Source: Escherichia phage usur
DNA length: 41,906 nucleotides
Strand: one strand, 5' to 3'
Sequence record: MN850624.1
The position numbers were made by a program, and so were the translations under genes. The first letter of the stretch is position 1. Every line of letters starts with the position of its first letter. This document shows positions 37,409 through 41,906 of the stretch, piece by piece. The notes under the pieces are model-generated. The model was not told where the DNA came from, searched no databases, and saw only the letters and a program-made list of their open reading frames with translations.

Positions 37409-37723
37409 TCACGTTAGGTTGATGTTATGACCGTTGATTGAGAGAGTCACGATGGTGGTCACGCCATCATGCTCCAGCTTTTCTTTCAGGTGTGGCAGCA
37501 CATCCTCACACTCACCAACGTAGGCCAGTGTGCTGACAGTGCCGCCTTTGCGTAGGTCAATGACGCAAGCAGAGTACACCTGTCCATCAGGTGCGCCCAG
37601 CGGTACGTCATACGCATCCAAATGCACCTTCTCCACAGTGGCTGCCAGTGCCACATGCACGGTGCTGAGATACAGGGTGGCCAGCATCAACAGCACGAAC
37701 AGATATCCTTTGCTTACCTTCAT
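37409..37723 (-). CDS. secreted/periplasmic early protein (Sec signal peptide)
   Basis: N-terminus 'MKVSKGYLFVLLMLATLYLSTVHVALAAT' has n-, h- and c-regions with an A-L-A cleavage motif; mature part ~75 aa with two Cys. Confidence 0.55.
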   Translation of the reverse strand: MKVSKGYLFVLLMLATLYLSTVHVALAATVEKVHLDAYDVPLGAPDGQVYSACVIDLRKGGTVSTLAYVGECEDVLPHLKEKLEHDGVTTIVTLSINGHNINLT

Positions 37724-37726
37724 GAT

Positions 37727-38065
37727 TTAACCCTCGTTGTCTACGCCAAAGAGATACATCTCCCCTTCGTAGATTGTTGTGAGAGCATAAAGCCATGCCT
37801 TGAACAGCAGCGAACCATCAGCATTGATGTGCTGGTCATTCATCAGGTCGATGATGAACGGTCTGCCCCCGGCGTATGCCTTGCAGCGCTCAATGATTTG
37901 CTCATCGGTGGCATCAGCAATCAGCATGTGCTCACCCATGATTTCAATCTGGTCAATGATGACCAGCCCCTCCTGACCGGACGGCAAGCGGTACTGCAAT
38001 GCAGCAATCTCTTGCCCGTCTTCGAAGTCAGGCCCACGCATTACCTTCACTCGATGTAGTGCCAT
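37727..38065 (-). CDS. hypothetical early protein
   Basis: 112 aa; RBS GAGAGGGGAGC before the ATG. Confidence 0.5.
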   Translation of the reverse strand: MALHRVKVMRGPDFEDGQEIAALQYRLPSGQEGLVIIDQIEIMGEHMLIADATDEQIIERCKAYAGGRPFIIDLMNDQHINADGSLLFKAWLYALTTIYEGEMYLFGVDNEG

Positions 38066-38129
38066 GCTCCCCTCTCGTCAATGGATTTCAAAAAGGCTAC
38101 CCGCTGGACAGCCTTGAGTAATCCACTGC

Positions 38130-38303
38130 TTACAACTTCCACAACCATAGCAGGTTGGTGCTGATACCAACGGCTATTGCTGCGGTGGTTGGCAGGAAAT
38201 AAGCAGCAGCCAGTCCAGCGCTTATGCTTACCTTAAGGATGATGGCCGTCTCCCAGTGCCGACGCTCCATACCCTTGACCCGTTGTAACAGATTAATGTT
38301 CAT
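38130..38303 (-). CDS. possible small membrane protein (57 aa, not in ORF track)
   Basis: Hand translation: MNINLLQRVKGMERRHWETAIILKVSISAGLAAAYFLPTTAAIAVGISTNLLWLWKL; hydrophobic C-terminal two-thirds. Lies in an otherwise unassigned 390-bp gap. Confidence 0.3.
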   Translation of the reverse strand: MNINLLQRVKGMERRHWETAIILKVSISAGLAAAYFLPTTAAIAVGISTNLLWLWKL

Positions 38304-38456
38304 TGCCCAGCGACGGCGCTTCGTCTACCTTATCACCAGCGATGAATGCCAGACCGCCGTTGCTCAGGGAATACACGTTGATTGTAGCCATGGTAAATCT
38401 CCAGTTAGGTTGGGCATGATTGCCGCACTGCCCCGTCGCAACGAGGCAGTAAGGTA

Positions 38457-38792
38457 TCACGCAGAGAAGTCCACGTCATCGTCGTCGCTGTCCTGCTCGT
38501 ACTCAGCGATGACTTCGATGGTCGCTTCTTTCAGGTTGTCAGGGCTGACGAATGCCAGACCTTCGAACATGGCAACCAGTTGCAGCGGCAGCGCTAGCGG
38601 CAGGTTGTCTTCGTGGAAGTGCGCTTTCACATCTTCCGCGCTGTCACCACCAGTCGGGCCAACAACCAGTGCGCCCGGTTCGCCGTCACGCTGGAAGCCA
38701 ACGAAGGTCTGCGGTTGCAGTTCTGCCACGTCATCAGCGTCGAAAGCGTCAGCAGCGATGTTAGAAATCAGTACCAGTTTCAGTGTAGACAT
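38457..38792 (-). CDS. highly acidic small early protein; candidate DNA mimic
   Basis: 111 aa from ATG 38792 (RBS GAGGA); roughly 25 Asp/Glu against ~5 Lys/Arg; C-terminus 'EYEQDSDDDDVDFSA'. Confidence 0.55.
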   Translation of the reverse strand: MSTLKLVLISNIAADAFDADDVAELQPQTFVGFQRDGEPGALVVGPTGGDSAEDVKAHFHEDNLPLALPLQLVAMFEGLAFVSPDNLKEATIEVIAEYEQDSDDDDVDFSA

Positions 38793-38865
38793 AGGATTAA
38801 TCCTCAGATTGGAATAAGGCAGTATTGCCACGCTGCACCCTCGCAAGGATGCAGCAGGACAACGC

Positions 38866-39150
38866 TTATTCGTCGTCTACGTCAGCTTCGAAGCTGCCGA
38901 TACCCTGAATGGTCAGGTCATCGCCGTGACGCAGTTGCAGGTCATCTTCCGTCTGGCCAGCCAGCATACAGATGATTTCGTGCGGCAGCGGAATGCCTTT
39001 CAGCGTTTCCAGAATGCCATCGTGGTCGGTCGGTTCACCTTCTTCACGAACGTGGTGCAGGTAGTTGTGGCCGCCGTCGATAGACACAGCATAGCCGTAC
39101 ACTTCTTCGCCTTTCTTGGTGACGTAGGCCAGAACAGTTTTAGTGGTCAT
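38866..39150 (-). CDS. highly acidic small early protein; candidate DNA mimic
   Basis: 94 aa from ATG 39150 (RBS GGAG); roughly 20 Asp/Glu against ~6 Lys/Arg; C-terminus 'GSFEADVDDE'. The ORF-track start at 39219 is TTG. Confidence 0.55.
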   Translation of the reverse strand: MTTKTVLAYVTKKGEEVYGYAVSIDGGHNYLHHVREEGEPTDHDGILETLKGIPLPHEIICMLAGQTEDDLQLRHGDDLTIQGIGSFEADVDDE

Positions 39151-39225
39151 GGATGATACTCCGTAATTGTTGGGGCAGAATTGCCATAAAGCCAGCGCCT
39201 TGACACTGGCTTGAGTCAATCCCGC

Positions 39226-39753
39226 TTACGCAGCTTTCAGCTTGCGCAGGCCGTCCAGCACGTTCTGAGGCACGACAACCTTGTTCGCATCCTCATCGCG
39301 CCCTTCATGGCGCAGCTCGTTCGCCTTGTTCATTGCCTTTTCAGCTTTGGCAATCAGCTTTTCGAGCGCATCTTGCAGGTCGAAGCCATCAAAGGCCGCT
39401 TCTGGCTTGCAAGTCCACCACATCGTGGCTTTCGCCTTGTCGATGTTCTCTTTGATGAAGTCAGCACCCTTCCAGCCAACGAAGCCGGACTTGCCATCTT
39501 CATGCTCACCCACAATCAGGCCGCCGAACTGGACGAACCAGTCAACCAGTGCCTTACCACGGACGCCATCACCCAGTTGGTGAGTGAACGACTCAGCACG
39601 AGTGTAGTCGCCGTGATGGTAAGCGTGCAGGATAATACCGACCGCAACGTTCTGAATATCGTTACGGAGTGAGTGCGCCTTTTTGACAGTCGCTTCGATA
39701 GCTTTGTCCAGCGCCGCAGCATCTTTGAATGCAGTATATTTAACAGTAGTCAT
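39226..39753 (-). CDS. hypothetical early protein
   Basis: 175 aa; RBS GAGGTG before the ATG. Confidence 0.55.
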   Translation of the reverse strand: MTTVKYTAFKDAAALDKAIEATVKKAHSLRNDIQNVAVGIILHAYHHGDYTRAESFTHQLGDGVRGKALVDWFVQFGGLIVGEHEDGKSGFVGWKGADFIKENIDKAKATMWWTCKPEAAFDGFDLQDALEKLIAKAEKAMNKANELRHEGRDEDANKVVVPQNVLDGLRKLKAA

Positions 39754-39975
39754 GATACACCTCGTCGGGTTGTTGGTTGGTTACTTCACAATGCGCCTCG
39801 CAAGACGCATTAGGCAGTCACCATAATTTGGGACGAGTCAACCAGTAAATCCACAAGCCTGCAAAGACAAACCAGAACAACGCTACCAGTAAGTCCCACA
39901 TATCAGGCTCGCTTAGACAGGCGCTGGTCAATCAGCCAGCACGCCGCCGCTATCACACAGAGTGCAGTGAACATA

Positions 39976-40368
39976 TTACGCCTCCACTACCCAAAATTGC
40001 TCACCATCGTAAGTCCAAGCAGTGAACTGCCCGGCTTCCATCTCCGCTTCTGTCTTGCTGACAAACTTGCCAGCAGGCTTGCCCGGATATGGTGAATCCA
40101 TGAAGATTGCATCATTGTCATCGATCACTACCATGATGCAGTCCTGTTCAAAGGCTTTACAGAACAGCTTAACAGCCTGTCTGATTTCGTAGATTCCATC
40201 GACAGGAAAGACCATGCTTAACTCATACGCATTGTCGAATTTGCCTGTCAGTGTGACCGGAATCACTCCGAACATATCCTGCACCGTTCGCAGTGCCTTG
40301 CAATGAAGCGCCAGATTAACACACTCAGCATTGTTCTGGCGGTATGCGCTTGCATAGATACGGTACAT
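39976..40368 (-). CDS. hypothetical protein, first early gene
   Basis: 130 aa; RBS GGAGAAA 6 nt before ATG 40368; first ORF downstream of the tandem sigma70-like promoters. Confidence 0.55.
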   Translation of the reverse strand: MYRIYASAYRQNNAECVNLALHCKALRTVQDMFGVIPVTLTGKFDNAYELSMVFPVDGIYEIRQAVKLFCKAFEQDCIMVVIDDNDAIFMDSPYPGKPAGKFVSKTEAEMEAGQFTAWTYDGEQFWVVEA

Positions 40369-40846
40369 AGTTATTTCTCCAGTTGTTGGCTATTTTCAGG
40401 TGGATAGTGAACCCATTGTGACGCGCCGTACAGTCTGCACTCAGTGGCATTGATTGGCTTGTCGGATTCACTACCCTGAAAAATCGCCCCGCCCATTTCG
40501 CGCCGTGGATATTGTCTGCATCCACTCTCAGGAGTCTTCCAGCAGTCCGTCGCGTATCTTGCTCACCGTTGCCAGCTAACAAGCCGTTTGACTACCTACC
40601 CGCTATACTCCGCGCCTTATAAGACGTTTGGTATTGTGCTGATACTGCGCTGCGTCTATCGCGCTTCTCTGTTACCTTGCATCAGGCGCTACCCCTACGG
40701 CGTTAGCATTGTTGCGATACCGTTGCCTTTCGGCGATGCCTCACCCAGTTCCAACCTGCGGCGGATACCCAGTGAGCCGTGACACTACGCGGCCAGTTTG
40801 CGTTCACTCAGAGCAGGATGCTTTCCATCCTTTCAACTCGGTGCTG

Positions 40847-40875
40847 ATTACAACACAGTGTATTCAGCTTGTCAA
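40847..40875 (-). promoter_or_regulatory. sigma70-like early promoter P1
   Basis: On the minus strand: TTGACA (40875-40870), 17-nt spacer, TGTAAT (40852-40847), preceded by TGc (extended -10). Confidence 0.5.
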
Positions 40876-40926
40876 CTACTTTTTACTACTGACTGTCAGG
40901 CTTGCTGCCCTGTCAATCTGGAGCGT

Positions 40927-40955
40927 ATTACAGCATACTCGTTTCATCCTGTCAA
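40927..40955 (-). promoter_or_regulatory. sigma70-like early promoter P2
   Basis: Minus strand: TTGACA (40955-40950), 17-nt spacer, TGcTGTAAT (-10 at 40932-40927). Confidence 0.5.
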
Positions 40956-41063
40956 CCGATTTAATCAGCGCCCGTTCTGAGATGAATAAACCGTACCAGT
41001 TTGCCTGCGTGTGTTTTAACGTCTTTATCAATGACTGTTTAGCTTGCTGGCTGACGTGGAAGC

Positions 41064-41092
41064 ATTACAGCATAGTGAGCTTGCCTTGTCAA
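41064..41092 (-). promoter_or_regulatory. sigma70-like early promoter P3
   Basis: Minus strand: TTGACA (41092-41087), 17-nt spacer, TGcTGTAAT (-10 at 41069-41064). Confidence 0.5.
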
Positions 41093-41167
41093 TACACTCC
41101 AGATTGTTAAAGAGCAGTGTTACCGTCTTGCCACCGTGTAGCGATGTTCTGCTACCCGGCGAGATGA

Positions 41168-41197
41168 ATTACAGCACAAAGCGAATCAGACTTGCAA
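41168..41197 (-). promoter_or_regulatory. sigma70-like early promoter P4
   Basis: Minus strand: TTGCAA (41197-41192), 18-nt spacer, TGcTGTAAT (-10 at 41173-41168). Confidence 0.4.
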
Positions 41198-41229
41198 GAA
41201 TTATTTTCACTGAATAGCTCAAATAGTGG

Positions 41230-41330
41230 ATAAGTTACTGTAATCATTAGGAATAAATATTTGATTGAATAGGTTATTGCATAGGATAGATACCGATATC
41301 AGATAGGTTATAAGTTACTGTAATCATTAG
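41230..41330. repeat. two perfect 20-bp direct repeats (TAAGTTACTGTAATCATTAG) 81 bp apart in an AT-rich segment
   Basis: Exact copies at 41230-41249 and 41311-41330; the second copy forms the 5' part of element C. Confidence 0.8.
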
Positions 41331-41358
41331 ATAATTATGAAAGCTACTATAGTGATAT
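41311..41358 (+). promoter_or_regulatory. conserved element C (plus-strand copy of the promoter-like element)
   Basis: Plus strand reads TAAGTTACTGTAATCATTAGATAATTATGAAAGCTACTATAGTGATAT, about 40 of 47 positions identical to element A but in opposite orientation to all genes, pointing into the T-depleted tract. Confidence 0.35.
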
Positions 41359-41374
41359 GTATCGCTAGATACGC

Positions 41375-41860
41375 AGAGCGAGCGCGGCGCAGCCGAAACA
41401 AGCGAGCGCGGAACGGCAACGGATGGAATCCGACAGGATGACAGGCGGCAGCCAGTGAACGCAGTAGGACAGGTGACACAGTAGCAGAGCATGACGCGCA
41501 GAGCTGGCGGCGCAGACAGTAGACCAGCAGACAGGACAGCACCACGGCAGCACCGCCACCACACAGCACCACACGGCGCAGAGCATCACGGCAAAAGAGA
41601 CAGATACCCGCACGACCGAGCGCAGCACGCAGCACCGCACAGCCAGCGCAGAGCGTCCCCATAGGACAGCACCGCACCGCACAGCCAGCAGGACAGCGCA
41701 CAGCACGCCACACGGCAGACGATGAAACGCGACACGCACGAGCTATACCGCACGCAGGCAATCCTCTTGACGCGCCGCGCAGCGCACGCGAGCAAATATC
41801 GCGCACGTCGCGAGGCTAATCCGCGCACACGCTATGGGGGCACGCGCGGTCATTCGGGTC
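41375..41860. other. strand-asymmetric, T-depleted (plus strand) low-complexity tract; candidate genome-terminus region
   Basis: Over ~450 bp the plus strand is almost entirely A/C/G with quasi-repeats (GCGCAGAGC, CAGGACAG, CACAGCCAGC). All three minus-strand frames are open here, as expected for an A-poor strand. Confidence 0.6.
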
Positions 41861-41906
41861 GAGGGAGGCCCACGCACAAATAGTCAATTTTCAAGCCGGG
41901 GTATTG

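Noticed and set aside
40325-40582. 85-aa minus-strand ORF in the early leader
   Set aside because: Starts with TTG, has no RBS and overlaps the RBS-supported first early gene; probably not translated, though the ~470-nt leader remains unexplained.
41230-41330. Possible CRISPR-like array from the 20-bp direct repeats
   Set aside because: Only two repeat copies, no further regular spacing and no cas genes; more consistent with iteron or promoter-associated repeats.
41337-41441. Plus-strand 34-codon ORF starting MKATIVICIA at the element C copy
   Set aside because: It is the only candidate plus-strand gene, has no RBS, and its start is simply the shared DNA element; the signal is at the DNA/RNA level.
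41274-41828. Four overlapping minus-strand ORFs encoding Cys/Arg/Ala-rich proteins (41274-41564, 41327-41806, 41365-41739, 41586-41828)
   Set aside because: All three frames are open at once because the minus strand is A-poor here and every stop codon contains A. This is a compositional artefact, not evidence of coding.
1-41906. Direct terminal repeats shared between the two window ends
   Set aside because: The first ~40 bp and last ~80 bp show no obvious identity by eye, so a repeat cannot be asserted; the window may be trimmed or have collapsed repeats.
1-41906. tRNA genes, rRNA, integrase/transposase or toxin-antitoxin pairs
   Set aside because: No cloverleaf-like sequence with conserved tRNA elements was noticed in intergenic regions, and no ORF showed recombinase or transposase motifs; a lytic podophage is consistent with their absence.

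Overview
The window reads as a nearly complete genome of a T7-supergroup podophage with phiKMV-like gene order, presented as its reverse complement. Every convincing gene is on the minus strand. Reading high to low coordinates: a ~1.3 kb non-coding left-end region (41906-40600) with a strongly T-depleted tract, an AT-rich repeat region and four tandem sigma70-like promoters; an early region of small genes (40368-35216); a DNA-metabolism module (34990-23987: primase, DnaB-like helicase, nucleotidyltransferase, family A DNA polymerase, 5'-3' exonuclease, endonuclease VII, three phosphohydrolases); a single-subunit RNA polymerase (23569-21137) placed directly before the structural module (portal, scaffold, capsid, tail tubular A/B, internal virion proteins, depolymerase-type tailspike, terminase small/large); and a lysis cassette at the right end (1416-40). 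GC content looks mid-50s % by eye. No rRNA, tRNA, CRISPR array, integrase or transposase was recognised. The most unusual signals are the T-depleted terminal tract, a repeated T7-promoter-like element that overlaps several 'MKAT' gene starts, two tandem very acidic early proteins (candidate DNA mimics), a tRNA-nucleotidyltransferase-like protein, a cluster of three phosphohydrolases, and a lipoprotein with a C-terminal transmembrane helix (unimolecular-spanin-like). All functional calls are from motif recognition by eye; no database search was run.
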